From IMG/VR virus record IMGVR_UViG_3300002462_000001: a stretch of 64,000 nt of DNA. One strand, 5' to 3'. Both the position numbers and the translations under genes were made by a program. Position 1 is the first letter of the stretch. The number at the start of each line of letters is the position of its first letter. The notes under the pieces are model-generated. The model saw nothing but the letters and a program-made list of their open reading frames with translations, was not told the origin of the DNA and made no database searches. The DNA comes from a virus. This document shows, in pieces, positions 18,525-28,027 of the stretch.

Positions 18525-18845
18525 ATGATGCAATTTAACGAGGAAATTATGCTGGCGATCTTTGACCATTTTCTCAATCATCCAGAAAATATATCCAAGA
18601 TTTTCAAACCAAACGCATACAGCCCACTAACAGTCGAACAGATAAACGATCTAGGCCCAAAACACTTGCAATGTGATCAAAATTTACTTTGGTGGCATAA
18701 ACTGCTTTTTGCAAACGAGTTCATACTGCGCCCAGAACTTGTACAAAATGCCACAAGCGGCTGGTTACGACTTAACGAACCTGCCGACTTTCTTAGTTAC
18801 AGAGGTCAACAAATGCTTCGAAGACTTAAAAAGATATACGAATAA
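18525..18845 (+). CDS. Hypothetical winged-helix-like protein
   Basis: ORF; LRLNEPADFL wing-like segment. Confidence 0.5.
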   Translation: MMQFNEEIMLAIFDHFLNHPENISKIFKPNAYSPLTVEQINDLGPKHLQCDQNLLWWHKLLFANEFILRPELVQNATSGWLRLNEPADFLSYRGQQMLRRLKKIYE

Positions 18846-19223
18846 AAATAGGTATGGATGATATAGCGCGAACTCATCCCAACCACACAAATCACCCGGT
18901 AAAACACCAGAACTACGGCCGCGATCTTCAGGTATACTTTTTGACCGCTCAGCAAGATGTTTCTGCACATCCAAAAGGTATTTTGCGTCTAAACACCTTG
19001 CAATCAGGTATCTGTAACATAAATAATAAATTATGGGATGCCTGAAACGAAACGCATACATATACCCCACGAAATCGTTAACATACCGCCAATAATAAAA
19101 CTCGAAGTCAATCAGCCCTTCTTCTTTTGCTCGATTCTCCGGTAACCTGTCAGGCTCAACGAATAAATACATGATAATTTCCGTGAAGTTTTCCAGCATT
19201 ATAGCACAAGTCGACGAAAACAT
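18765..19223 (-). CDS. Hypothetical protein
   Basis: ORF downstream of the minus arm of promoter copy 3; true start likely internal. Confidence 0.5.
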   Translation of the reverse strand: MFSSTCAIMLENFTEIIMYLFVEPDRLPENRAKEEGLIDFEFYYWRYVNDFVGYMYAFRFRHPIIYYLCYRYLIARCLDAKYLLDVQKHLAERSKSIPEDRGRSSGVLPGDLCGWDEFALYHPYLFLFVYLFKSSKHLLTSVTKKVGRFVKS

Positions 19224-19233
19224 AAGTTATAAT
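19198..19233. promoter_or_regulatory. Back-to-back -10 promoter pair, copy 3
   Basis: ATTATAGC-N20-GTTATAAT, then TGAGATT-ATG identical to copy 1. Confidence 0.75.
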
Positions 19234-19240
19234 TGAGATT

Positions 19241-20317
19241 ATGACAATGAAAATTGAATACAGCGGTTTTGGTACAATACCTCTGACAAGCTGGATTTTG
19301 AAAAATCCAAAGTACCCACCGGGATATGTGCCTGGCGCCGGACTTGCAAAGATGGCAGCTGACGCTAAATTAGCGCAGTTTAAGCGTGACTATCCTGGTC
19401 TGGCAGCAATGTTCGACGACAGTGAAAAAATGTACGATAGTGAACCAAAACTCTTTAAATCCGCAGCGTACAAACGTCACGCGCACAGATGTAAAACCGG
19501 TCTACGGTTCAAGTCAGCGTCAGGAGACAGCGCGGATCTTGCTTACGCTGCGACACCCGGCGGCGCAGGAGCAAACGCTGCAACACTAATAGATGCAACG
19601 AGTAAAATTGTTCCACCGTTACCTGACCCGAGTACGACCCATCCTGACACATCTATTGCAAAGGCGACAGCACTTAACACACTAGCAACCGGTAAGCAAC
19701 TGCCCGCGAACACACCACATAACATACGCCAAGATATCGAAAATGCAAAAGATACGCTCACAGTCAACCAATTCAATAATGATTTTCTTGGACCAGCGGC
19801 GCACGTTAAAAACACTGATATCCATAGAAACACACAAATGGCAGCATTTACAGCCGCAACAGTTCCGTCTGCTGCAAGCGGGCTAGCTAAACATCCGATG
19901 ATTGCCCCTGTATTTAAGCCGTTTCAAAATCGGATACCGTCAACACTGTTAAATGCGGGAAAATCCGTTGGACTACGATTTATTCCGGGCGTAGGCTGGG
20001 TAACACTTGGAGCAGAAGCAGGAAGTTACATGTTAGATCGAGCAGATAACCATCGATTTAACCAAAACCCAGGACTCTACACCTGGCACAACTACTCTCC
20101 AGAGCGAACATGGTACCAATACTTTACTGCGTCTACAACATCAGATAAGATGCGCACCTGGGTCAACCTGCAACCGGAAGAAACTAAACAACGGATACTA
20201 AATGACCAGCAAAAAAAGCTCGAACAACAGGAGCAACGTAAAAACCGCTCATGGGGACAGACACTTAATGATTCTATGGAAGCATACGGTAACAGTCTCA
20301 GATATCAAAGCCGATAA
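19241..20317 (+). CDS. Cassette cargo protein C
   Basis: Leader LKNPKYPPGYVPGAGLAKMAAD; Ala/Gly-rich, FIPGVGWVTLGA hydrophobic hairpin. Confidence 0.75.
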   Translation: MTMKIEYSGFGTIPLTSWILKNPKYPPGYVPGAGLAKMAADAKLAQFKRDYPGLAAMFDDSEKMYDSEPKLFKSAAYKRHAHRCKTGLRFKSASGDSADLAYAATPGGAGANAATLIDATSKIVPPLPDPSTTHPDTSIAKATALNTLATGKQLPANTPHNIRQDIENAKDTLTVNQFNNDFLGPAAHVKNTDIHRNTQMAAFTAATVPSAASGLAKHPMIAPVFKPFQNRIPSTLLNAGKSVGLRFIPGVGWVTLGAEAGSYMLDRADNHRFNQNPGLYTWHNYSPERTWYQYFTASTTSDKMRTWVNLQPEETKQRILNDQQKKLEQQEQRKNRSWGQTLNDSMEAYGNSLRYQSR

Positions 20318-20327
20318 GTTGACCGCT

Positions 20328-20356
20328 AAAAAAAACTAAGGGAATAATTCCCCTAG
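20328..20356 (-). terminator. Intrinsic terminator between convergent genes
   Basis: A run then CTAAGGGAA-taa-TTCCCCTAG stem. Confidence 0.6.
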
Positions 20357-20366
20357 CATGCGCAAT

Positions 20367-20528
20367 CTAAAGCTTCCCCCACCAATCAAAAAAGATACAC
20401 ATCGCCGTCCAAGTTAAAAGCCCCAGTAAAAACAGCACCCACAAAGCATCAAACGCGGGCTGCCAAGTAGGTTCGGAATCACGCCGACGCTCGGCCTCAC
20501 CCGCCTGTTCTCCAATTTCTTTTTCCAT
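20367..20528 (-). CDS. 53 aa single-pass membrane protein (missed by ORF track)
   Basis: Hand translation MEKEIGEQAGEAERRRDSEPTWQPAFDALWVLFLLGLLTWTAMCIFFDWWGKL*; SD GGAGGTG as in copy 2. Confidence 0.75.
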   Translation of the reverse strand: MEKEIGEQAGEAERRRDSEPTWQPAFDALWVLFLLGLLTWTAMCIFFDWWGKL

Positions 20529-20610
20529 AACTCACCTCCATTGATTAAAAGTTGAAATTCCCTTCAACAATATCTACCGTAAATCTACCTAAATTTTATC
20601 GACTTGTCAA
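20526..20610 (-). promoter_or_regulatory. Sigma70 promoter + GGA stem-loop + SD module, copy 3
   Basis: TTGACA(20605-10)-17-TAGATT(20582-87); GTTGAA-GGGAAT-TTCAAC (20551-68). Confidence 0.85.
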
Positions 20611-20661
20611 CAGCCCGCCGGCGGCTATAATCAGAAAAAACTCAACCAACCAAGCCAAAAA

Positions 20662-21099
20662 ATGCTAAGCCTATACAGACACTGTAGCAAAAAACTAAAG
20701 ATTTTCAATGGAATGACCGATAGTCAACTTATGGTAGACCTGGACAGACTGAAATCAGAATACAAAATTGACAAATGGCTCGATCTGGCTATCGCACTAC
20801 TGCGCATAACCGCTAACTGGAAAAAAGAAGGACAATCGTTCACCGCTGATGAACTATTTGAACAACAACCCGACTTGAAATGGATGGGTAACATTCTCGA
20901 ACTAAATGGTTTTCTACGGCCAACACTAGCATCAGAAGGCGCATTTCCTTACCAAATCACCTTAAAAGGACTTATCCTTTACGATCTCATCTCCGATGTT
21001 ATAATGGTTGCCACGGTGAACAACCAAAATCAACCGTGCGAACGAGCAATGCTGCCAAAAGAGGAAACTTATAAAATGATATTTCAACTGTTACAGTGA
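20662..21099 (+). CDS. Hypothetical winged-helix-like protein
   Basis: YQITLKG wing motif; upstream TTGTCA-16-TATAAT. Confidence 0.55.
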   Translation: MLSLYRHCSKKLKIFNGMTDSQLMVDLDRLKSEYKIDKWLDLAIALLRITANWKKEGQSFTADELFEQQPDLKWMGNILELNGFLRPTLASEGAFPYQITLKGLILYDLISDVIMVATVNNQNQPCERAMLPKEETYKMIFQLLQ

Positions 21100-21103
21100 T
21101 AGA

Positions 21104-21568
21104 TCAACTGTACTTTTCAGCCATAACTTTGAAGTCCGCTTGAATCGAATCAGCGGACATCACAGGGAGCCACGCATTAGAACAGTGCGCCTCCCGCCAA
21201 GAACTATAACGTTTTGTTATCTCTCTTAACTTGTCCTCAGTAATGTGAGCATAGCCACGCCAAACATCGTTCAAAATCTTTTCTACGCTATCATCAAAAC
21301 TTTTCCTGATAACCTCGCCCACAATAGAATCACGGTCAAAAGACTCAAAACGATCATAGATCTCCTTCACCGCAGGACCGTGTCGAAACGCATAAACTGT
21401 TTCGGGAAAAAGAGGTTCATCATAATAAGCAAGATACCATCCATACGCGTAGTACACGAGCTTTTGCAGTTTCATGTGCCTTAAACTTTTATCATTGTCT
21501 TTTGCCTTCGCTAAAAACCAATAAGCTATATCCAACGCTGTGATAGTTGATTCACTCATGATTATCAC
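21104..21568 (-). CDS. Panacea/SocA (DUF4065) antitoxin-family protein
   Basis: IAYWFL..MKLQKLVYYAYGW..LF..AFRHGP. Confidence 0.85.
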   Translation of the reverse strand: MIIMSESTITALDIAYWFLAKAKDNDKSLRHMKLQKLVYYAYGWYLAYYDEPLFPETVYAFRHGPAVKEIYDRFESFDRDSIVGEVIRKSFDDSVEKILNDVWRGYAHITEDKLREITKRYSSWREAHCSNAWLPVMSADSIQADFKVMAEKYS

Positions 21569-22215
21569 CTCAAACCGTCAATAATTCCTTTGACAAGCGC
21601 CGATGGTGTTGCACCTGCACTATACTCCATACGAAACTTTTCACCAACGGCATCACGCCATTTAGCCTCTTCAAACTGTATAACAGACCTCAATTCACTC
21701 ATTGGATTAGCCGAAGTGTCAATCATTACCGATAAACTCTCAAGCCGGCTTATCAAACCGCTGGGATGACCGGTCAAACTACTGGAATACCTCTTACTCA
21801 CGTCGGTAATGCTGCCATATAAACCAGCAGCACTATTACCGTCCTTGTCAATTACCGGCGGTCTATCAAACCACTTTTGAACAATATCTGAATTAATAAT
21901 ACAGTAGGCACCGTACAACAATATGATGGCCATCATCAACCAATATAGATGGTTAGCTAGAAAGAACTTGAAATCTTCTGCTGTAGGAAGATTTAACCGC
22001 TTTCTAGGCGTGACATTAGCCGCCTGCTCTAAATGCTGTACCCGCTCCTCAAGATCAAAGATACTACCATCTAACTCAGCCTTTATACGTGCAAGAGACA
22101 GCCGCTGTTTCACGGTTTTTGACTCTTTTGCATCTTTAATATCCTCAACTTCACTCATGACCGTTTTGCTTTTTATAGACCCAGATTGTCTGGGCTTCCG
22201 TGTTACTTGACTCAT
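21565..22215 (-). CDS. Membrane-anchored hypothetical protein
   Basis: Coiled coil plus TM LYWLMMAIILLYGAYCII. Confidence 0.65.
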   Translation of the reverse strand: MSQVTRKPRQSGSIKSKTVMSEVEDIKDAKESKTVKQRLSLARIKAELDGSIFDLEERVQHLEQAANVTPRKRLNLPTAEDFKFFLANHLYWLMMAIILLYGAYCIINSDIVQKWFDRPPVIDKDGNSAAGLYGSITDVSKRYSSSLTGHPSGLISRLESLSVMIDTSANPMSELRSVIQFEEAKWRDAVGEKFRMEYSAGATPSALVKGIIDGLR

Positions 22216-22696
22216 TTAATATAACCTCCAATAAATGCTCACCGCGCTCCAGTGTAAAACTGCCAAACTGATCATCGGTAGTTATGCCCGGCTGCCTTAG
22301 CTGTCCGACATAGTTACCGTTTGCAAAAAATACAGCCGAACTAACAGGCGCACAACCAGTATTAAAAAACCCAGCCAATCTAATCGGTTCCGTAGAACTA
22401 ATCATTATAGCAGAAGGAGCATGAGCGCTAATAAAATTCCAACCCTTAACAGAATCCGGCGGCACAACCAAACCTTTATAGCCCGTCACCCCGCCTAACC
22501 CCAAACTACCACGCCCCACCTTGTACCATAATACCTGAACCGTCGCATCGGGTACGACCGCTACTCGCTGACTAGGTATAAATATTCCACGTTTAGCAGA
22601 ATTTCGTACCTGCATGCGTCGCTGCTGACACTCAACACAGCCTTTTCTGCGCTTTGGCAAGGCAATCGGTTGTGGAATTTTGAGATCAGGCATCAA
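22151..22696 (-). CDS. Hypothetical beta-rich protein
   Basis: ORF in coupled run. Confidence 0.6.
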   Translation of the reverse strand: MMPDLKIPQPIALPKRRKGCVECQQRRMQVRNSAKRGIFIPSQRVAVVPDATVQVLWYKVGRGSLGLGGVTGYKGLVVPPDSVKGWNFISAHAPSAIMISSTEPIRLAGFFNTGCAPVSSAVFFANGNYVGQLRQPGITTDDQFGSFTLERGEHLLEVILNESSNTEAQTIWVYKKQNGHE

Positions 22697-22699
22697 TAG

Positions 22700-23548
22700 C
22701 TAGTAGTTAGTTTGCTCATCCTCAACATTTTCTGCGCCTGTAATAACGAAAGGAGTTAACTCAAGTACACCTACCTCAAATTTACCGGCAGTCCAGAGTA
22801 CGCCTGTGAACTGATCCGAGCCAATAGTTATAGTAACTGCACCCGCACCCATCTTGGGAACGAACCTGCCAAACTTGCAACGCCGATCAAACGCCAAATA
22901 TAAAATAGCCTCACTCTCAAAAATGCGGTGGTAGTATGTCTCAAAATCACCAAGATCCGATGAAAACTGCACTAAAATGTGCGGTTCAACCGGCTTAGCT
23001 TGTAACCACTCCATTTGAATAGGTTTAAAATCAGGTACTCGTTTTTCCTTAACAGATTTTTTCTGGACAGCGGTTAACGAAGGCGAATACGATGCAGAAA
23101 GCTCCGATGAAGGCGCAAGAGTTGGAGTGTCCAACATTTTAGACGGATGCGCCAATACCGCATCTAACTCCTGTTCAAACGGATCCGGCTGATAAGGTGA
23201 TTTAGCTGGAACAGGCGTAGCGGTGGCTATGTTGATGTCTGTAGACGACTGTCCTACGCCGCCAAACAACTTGTCACGATACTCCCTTGAATTGACATCA
23301 TCCTTAATCATGCCGTTCAAAAACATAAATCGAATGATGTCATCATTCGACCTTAATTCAACAGGCGCAACCTTAACACTGCCGTCACCGGCTAATCGAC
23401 CAACACTAACACCGCGTTTCCTCTCTGGAAGGTAACTGTTATACCACTCTTCAGGAGTAATATCATACGTCACCTCTGGTTCAACCTCTTTTTCGGACTG
23501 CTGCTGCCCAACCAAAGAAATATCGGTTTTTATCGCTCTTTTTGCCAT
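22700..23548 (-). CDS. Hypothetical protein
   Basis: ORF in coupled run. Confidence 0.65.
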   Translation of the reverse strand: MAKRAIKTDISLVGQQQSEKEVEPEVTYDITPEEWYNSYLPERKRGVSVGRLAGDGSVKVAPVELRSNDDIIRFMFLNGMIKDDVNSREYRDKLFGGVGQSSTDINIATATPVPAKSPYQPDPFEQELDAVLAHPSKMLDTPTLAPSSELSASYSPSLTAVQKKSVKEKRVPDFKPIQMEWLQAKPVEPHILVQFSSDLGDFETYYHRIFESEAILYLAFDRRCKFGRFVPKMGAGAVTITIGSDQFTGVLWTAGKFEVGVLELTPFVITGAENVEDEQTNY

Positions 23549-23952
23549 TAGATCAGATCATCAAGATTAACTTTTTCCGCAGATACACCAAACGCTCCAT
23601 TATTAACCGGCCTGCGCTCATTCCAGCCCTCCGTAATCGCCACTTCGTTACCGTCCACATCAACCACAAACAAATTGTGACCGCTTGCATCAGATGTTAC
23701 AGGTAATTCATAGCCGTAATATACGTAAATACTGCCAAGCGTCAACCTTCCTAACTTAGTCAACTCCCTGCGCAAGGAATTAAAATCATCAAATGAAAAA
23801 TTCCTCTGACCAATAAGAGGAGAAGACACACAAACGTGCCACCGCATGACCAACTGCGGCCTCTCCGTGAACATTTTCGCATGCGAAAATAAACTGCCAA
23901 CTGTATCCCTGCTTAAATTTTGCAGGAGTTCTAATTTATCGCTATCACTCAT
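23548..23952 (-). CDS. Hypothetical protein
   Basis: ORF with overlapping stop/start. Confidence 0.65.
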   Translation of the reverse strand: MSDSDKLELLQNLSRDTVGSLFSHAKMFTERPQLVMRWHVCVSSPLIGQRNFSFDDFNSLRRELTKLGRLTLGSIYVYYGYELPVTSDASGHNLFVVDVDGNEVAITEGWNERRPVNNGAFGVSAEKVNLDDLI

Positions 23953-24728
23953 GATGCTGAAGGAGTAGCCTCTCGACCGTCAAATACCTGTGCATAATAC
24001 TCCTTTAACTCTATAAATTTTTTCTTTTGTGCCCGGCTCAAATCGGATAACGTACATATCTCAGTTTCTGCTATCTTCCGCTCTCCTCTGTATTTAAAAG
24101 CCAGATCATTAACCGCCGCACTATCAGATGCAAAAAACTTCTCAGCAAAATTTTGCAACTGTCTGTCCGGCGGTGTCCGCGCAAGAGATAGCGTCGCCGT
24201 ATTCACCGATTCCGACATCACAATAGAATACTCATTTGTATGAATATCAATATGAGCAACAGGAATAAAACCAGATTGCCTGCCTTTTACTTTGGCAAGT
24301 ACATCCTCCACATTACACAGCCCCATACCAAACAAAACAACTAATCTACGCTTAGTATCAAAATACCCCTTACCGCCTACAAGCTTACAAAACGACTCCC
24401 ATAAGTCTGCGTGTATAGTCCATAATGTTTTATTCCAATATAGTTGATTGCCGTAGAAACCGTCGACTATGTCCAACGGCAGTAAAGATAATTTGCGTAT
24501 GTACTTCGTGTACTTATCCGGTAAGTCTGAAAATAACGGATCATAGGTCATATGATTTTCGTAAAACCAGACATAAGGAAGAGCAGGTGTAAAAAAAACT
24601 TGCTGATGCTTATCCTGAAACTCTTTTAGAGTCGATAATTGACCAATAGCAACAGTTTGGAGACTGATGTTCTCCCTAACCTCAAAATCGGCATTGGTTA
24701 TACCTGGCTGTAAAAATTCCTTCACCAT
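23949..24728 (-). CDS. Hypothetical protein
   Basis: ORF with ATGA overlap. Confidence 0.65.
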   Translation of the reverse strand: MVKEFLQPGITNADFEVRENISLQTVAIGQLSTLKEFQDKHQQVFFTPALPYVWFYENHMTYDPLFSDLPDKYTKYIRKLSLLPLDIVDGFYGNQLYWNKTLWTIHADLWESFCKLVGGKGYFDTKRRLVVLFGMGLCNVEDVLAKVKGRQSGFIPVAHIDIHTNEYSIVMSESVNTATLSLARTPPDRQLQNFAEKFFASDSAAVNDLAFKYRGERKIAETEICTLSDLSRAQKKKFIELKEYYAQVFDGREATPSAS

Positions 24729-24759
24729 GAAACTCAGTTTATTCCAGATTGCTTACATG

Positions 24760-25467
24760 TCAATCCGGACAACACTTCGTCTCAGGACAATTGGTTACAT
24801 AACCTGCATCACTTATGTGCTGATCCTCGATCAACAAATCGCCATAAAGAACGGCGTCACCGTCAAGTATGCTGTTTTTTAGTATTATGCAACCAGACAC
24901 ACGAGCCTTATCTAAAACCTGAGATTGATCATCAGTCTCAACACACCCAGAAACACTCGGCGAATACAGAATATTAGTGCAGGTCACTAAACAATACACC
25001 GACGCATGGCCAAAAATCCTGGCGCTAGCGGATATACGTGCCTGCGCGCCGGAAACAAGCGAATTACCATACACACGCGCTTTTTCAAATACATAAGCAC
25101 CATCCGACACCGTAGCATTACCATACACTACAGCATCACCGTATATCTTAGTATTAACGCCGGTAATATAAGCCTCATCCGCCACTCTAGCATTGCCGTA
25201 AACCTCACCAGATTCAACACACGCCTTACCCTGTATACGCGCGTCACCGGATATAATAGCAGAACCGCCTATAAGTGCATCGCCTGATACATACGCGTTA
25301 CCAGTAACATAACCGCCAGGTAACACCCAGGCTGTACCAAACTGAGACAGATTCTTGGAAGATTCAATGTAACCGCCGGCAGTACCCGCCGGAATCACAG
25401 TTCCGTCGCTAAGAGTAAAATTCTCAAGCGCTACAATAGTGCCATCACCGCGCCGTGCAAACCTCAT
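24760..25467 (-). CDS. Left-handed beta-helix (hexapeptide repeat) protein
   Basis: GGYIESSKNLSQFGTAWV followed by [V/I]xG[D/N]Ax repeats; TATAAT-6-ATG start. Confidence 0.8.
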   Translation of the reverse strand: MRFARRGDGTIVALENFTLSDGTVIPAGTAGGYIESSKNLSQFGTAWVLPGGYVTGNAYVSGDALIGGSAIISGDARIQGKACVESGEVYGNARVADEAYITGVNTKIYGDAVVYGNATVSDGAYVFEKARVYGNSLVSGAQARISASARIFGHASVYCLVTCTNILYSPSVSGCVETDDQSQVLDKARVSGCIILKNSILDGDAVLYGDLLIEDQHISDAGYVTNCPETKCCPD

Positions 25468-25494
25468 CACGCTATTATAATCGAAAATTCCAGA

Positions 25495-26529
25495 CTATTG
25501 TGACTGTTTTCTCTCTTCGTTGAATTGATTAACCAAAAGTTTAGTCTCAGGGGACATTTCCAACCCCAAACTCAACTTTGTCTGCTCCTGATGTCTGAGT
25601 TCAGCGGCTCCAACCAACAAATCCACAGTTTCCGCCTCCAACTGCAACTTCGATAATTCTTCCTTCACATCCTCACCAACCAACGGAATCACACCGGCCA
25701 GTGCCCGCTGTACGTTCTGAATAACGTCCATGTTACCCGTCTGCCTGGCAGTGGCCGCTAAATCCAAAGCAAGTTTGATGAACTCGCCCTCTGTCTTATT
25801 GAGGGCTCTACGTGAATGCCCCATAAGAGCACCCTCGTTAGATACGCTAATCTCCAAAGCCTTCTGAATAAACGTTTCTGCGAGGTCACGGTGGTTCGGT
25901 TTCGCATCCGTCGTCAGAAACCCGGTACTAAATAACTCAAGCGCAATAATGCCGCCGTGATACCCAAACATACGATACGCACAAGCACGGTTCCATATAG
26001 CTGATTGTTTGAAATCGCTGTGTCCGGGATAGTGCTTAGTGCGTATAACCTCAGTCTCTATCCAATTATTTGCGGTTCGTCTGGACCACACATCAAAATA
26101 AAGCTGCTCATACCAAGCCACAGTAGCGGGGGAAAGACTAAACTTGTCTGCAAGCCAGGCTATGTTAATATCCGTAAGCATATAACCCTCAAGAAGACCC
26201 AAAGTATCCAGAGCCGTATATTTTCTCAGATATACAGCATCATAGATACCCGGAAACCTTCTCTTAAGTTCGTATTTTTCCTCCGGAGTTTTAACCGCAT
26301 TTAACGACTGACAGAACAAGTAGAAATACCGTAACGCAACATCGTCATCGTCAATAAAGACCTGACTGTCACTGCTCTTGCCCAAAACATACTTCACCCT
26401 GTCATACCGCCAATAAGGAGGGCGGTGAGGATCGGCTAGTGTGTACAGCACATAAGGACTAGGTTTGGCTTTCGGCTTCTCCTGGTCAGGCTGCACTGCA
26501 GGTTGACTATGTTGCACGGGAAACGGCAT
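25495..26529 (-). CDS. Hypothetical helical protein
   Basis: ORF with TATAAT-7-ATG start. Confidence 0.7.
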   Translation of the reverse strand: MPFPVQHSQPAVQPDQEKPKAKPSPYVLYTLADPHRPPYWRYDRVKYVLGKSSDSQVFIDDDDVALRYFYLFCQSLNAVKTPEEKYELKRRFPGIYDAVYLRKYTALDTLGLLEGYMLTDINIAWLADKFSLSPATVAWYEQLYFDVWSRRTANNWIETEVIRTKHYPGHSDFKQSAIWNRACAYRMFGYHGGIIALELFSTGFLTTDAKPNHRDLAETFIQKALEISVSNEGALMGHSRRALNKTEGEFIKLALDLAATARQTGNMDVIQNVQRALAGVIPLVGEDVKEELSKLQLEAETVDLLVGAAELRHQEQTKLSLGLEMSPETKLLVNQFNEERKQSQ

Positions 26530-26703
26530 ATGACCTATTATATCATCGGAAAGTTCGCAAGCTATCGTTTACAGCTTTGAGGCGTTTTGACTCCCTTGTG
26601 CGGTTGCGTTTTGTTCGTGAATCAGAGTGCGCACCGGCACCAGTCCGGGGAGAACATGGCCCGGTGCGCTTCTTCGTCTTAATCACAATCACAAAACATC
26701 GTC

Positions 26704-27165
26704 TCACGACCACTCCTCAAAAGGCAGCAACGGCGTTTCAGGAATAACAACTTTTATGTAAAGCCCCTGCTCAACCTTTTTGTCCAACCGCGCTTTCACT
26801 CGTGCAACACGCTCATTAGACCAATAGTCGGGCGGCATCCTGATCTCCTGCCCAGTGATAAGCAGCTCCTCAAACTCGTCAATCAGGTCATCTTTGAGTT
26901 TAATGCCCTCCGCCATTTTAGCAACACAGTCATCACTTACGCGTATTATCGCCACTAAACATTTATACTGTAACAGCAAATAATTTACACTGCACACTAC
27001 GTACCCCAACATAATAGCTGAAAGCACAAATAAAAGAATCGCTCTCCATGAGAATAGCTCATCACAGTAAACGTAACCAGCGTAAAAACTAACTACCACT
27101 AATACCGTAACGTGAAATACAGCCAAAACCGTGGCAAAATCAATCTTATCCTTAAATATTTGCAT
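26704..27165 (-). CDS. Membrane protein (2 TM)
   Basis: Two hydrophobic helices. Confidence 0.65.
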   Translation of the reverse strand: MQIFKDKIDFATVLAVFHVTVLVVVSFYAGYVYCDELFSWRAILLFVLSAIMLGYVVCSVNYLLLQYKCLVAIIRVSDDCVAKMAEGIKLKDDLIDEFEELLITGQEIRMPPDYWSNERVARVKARLDKKVEQGLYIKVVIPETPLLPFEEWS

Positions 27166-27170
27166 GTGAT

Positions 27171-27728
27171 TTACGCAGTTTTAGTGACTCGGAACAGAAG
27201 TTTATCCGCAACTTCTGACCTAGCGTACTTGTCCAGTACCTTGTCATTTACCAACTTCTTCAAAAGACGATTGATCGCTGCATAACGGCCAACACCTTTA
27301 TCGTGTCTACCGTCACAGGCATCGGGCCTACTGATAGAGCTAAACGCCTCAGCACTGTACACAATTTCACCATCAGCAAGTAACTTAAAGGTCACATTAG
27401 TCTTAATAGGGCAGTTTTTGATGCAGGAGATGCTACCCTTAACATGCCTCAGCTTTTCCGTCCAATAGTCAATGAGCCCGATAGCTCTAGCACCCTCAGA
27501 TAGCTCGCCAAGCACACGCAATGACGTAATAGTCTTTTCTATAGATTGTTTAATAAGATACAGTTCCTGAAGACTTTTTTGATTCGTCCCAGAGTATTGA
27601 TGTCGGACATCGAACTGTACCTGTTGGTTATTTGATAGTGTGAATTTCATAAGATTTACAAGAATAAAAGGTGAATAGTAACACGAGCTAACAGCAAGCC
27701 AATAATGACTGACAAACAGAGCAACCAC
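27171..27728 (-). CDS. Hypothetical phage protein
   Basis: ORF; likely start MKFTLS. Confidence 0.55.
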   Translation of the reverse strand: MVALFVSHYWLAVSSCYYSPFILVNLMKFTLSNNQQVQFDVRHQYSGTNQKSLQELYLIKQSIEKTITSLRVLGELSEGARAIGLIDYWTEKLRHVKGSISCIKNCPIKTNVTFKLLADGEIVYSAEAFSSISRPDACDGRHDKGVGRYAAINRLLKKLVNDKVLDKYARSEVADKLLFRVTKTA

Positions 27729-28027
27729 GTTGCTCGTACTAAATCAAAAAGCAACATAATCGATGGATAAAAAGCGTAATAAAGGCGCATACACTGTAAA
27801 TGAACCAGATACAACCAGGTCTTATTATTACGCTTCCATTCTGAGTCACATTCCTCACAGCTGTATTCTTCGGAAAAACGAGACGGATCGCCTCGCAACC
27901 GCTTGAAGGTGTCTACACCAAACCTAGCCTCAAAACAGCGATAGTAGTATTTATCTGTGCAGGCGTACTTGATGTCAGTCCAAACCTGTACAAAACCACC
28001 AATAAAAGCCTGAACAAAGTTTTTCAC
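27656..28027 (-). CDS. Hypothetical membrane protein
   Basis: ORF with hydrophobic C-terminus. Confidence 0.5.
   Translation of the reverse strand: MKNFVQAFIGGFVQVWTDIKYACTDKYYYRCFEARFGVDTFKRLRGDPSRFSEEYSCEECDSEWKRNNKTWLYLVHLQCMRLYYAFYPSIMLLFDLVRATWLLCLSVIIGLLLARVTIHLLFL

Noticed and set aside
26628-26669. GCGCACCGG/CCGGTGCGC stem as an ncRNA
   Set aside because: Single hairpin in a 170 bp spacer, with no second copy or family motif.
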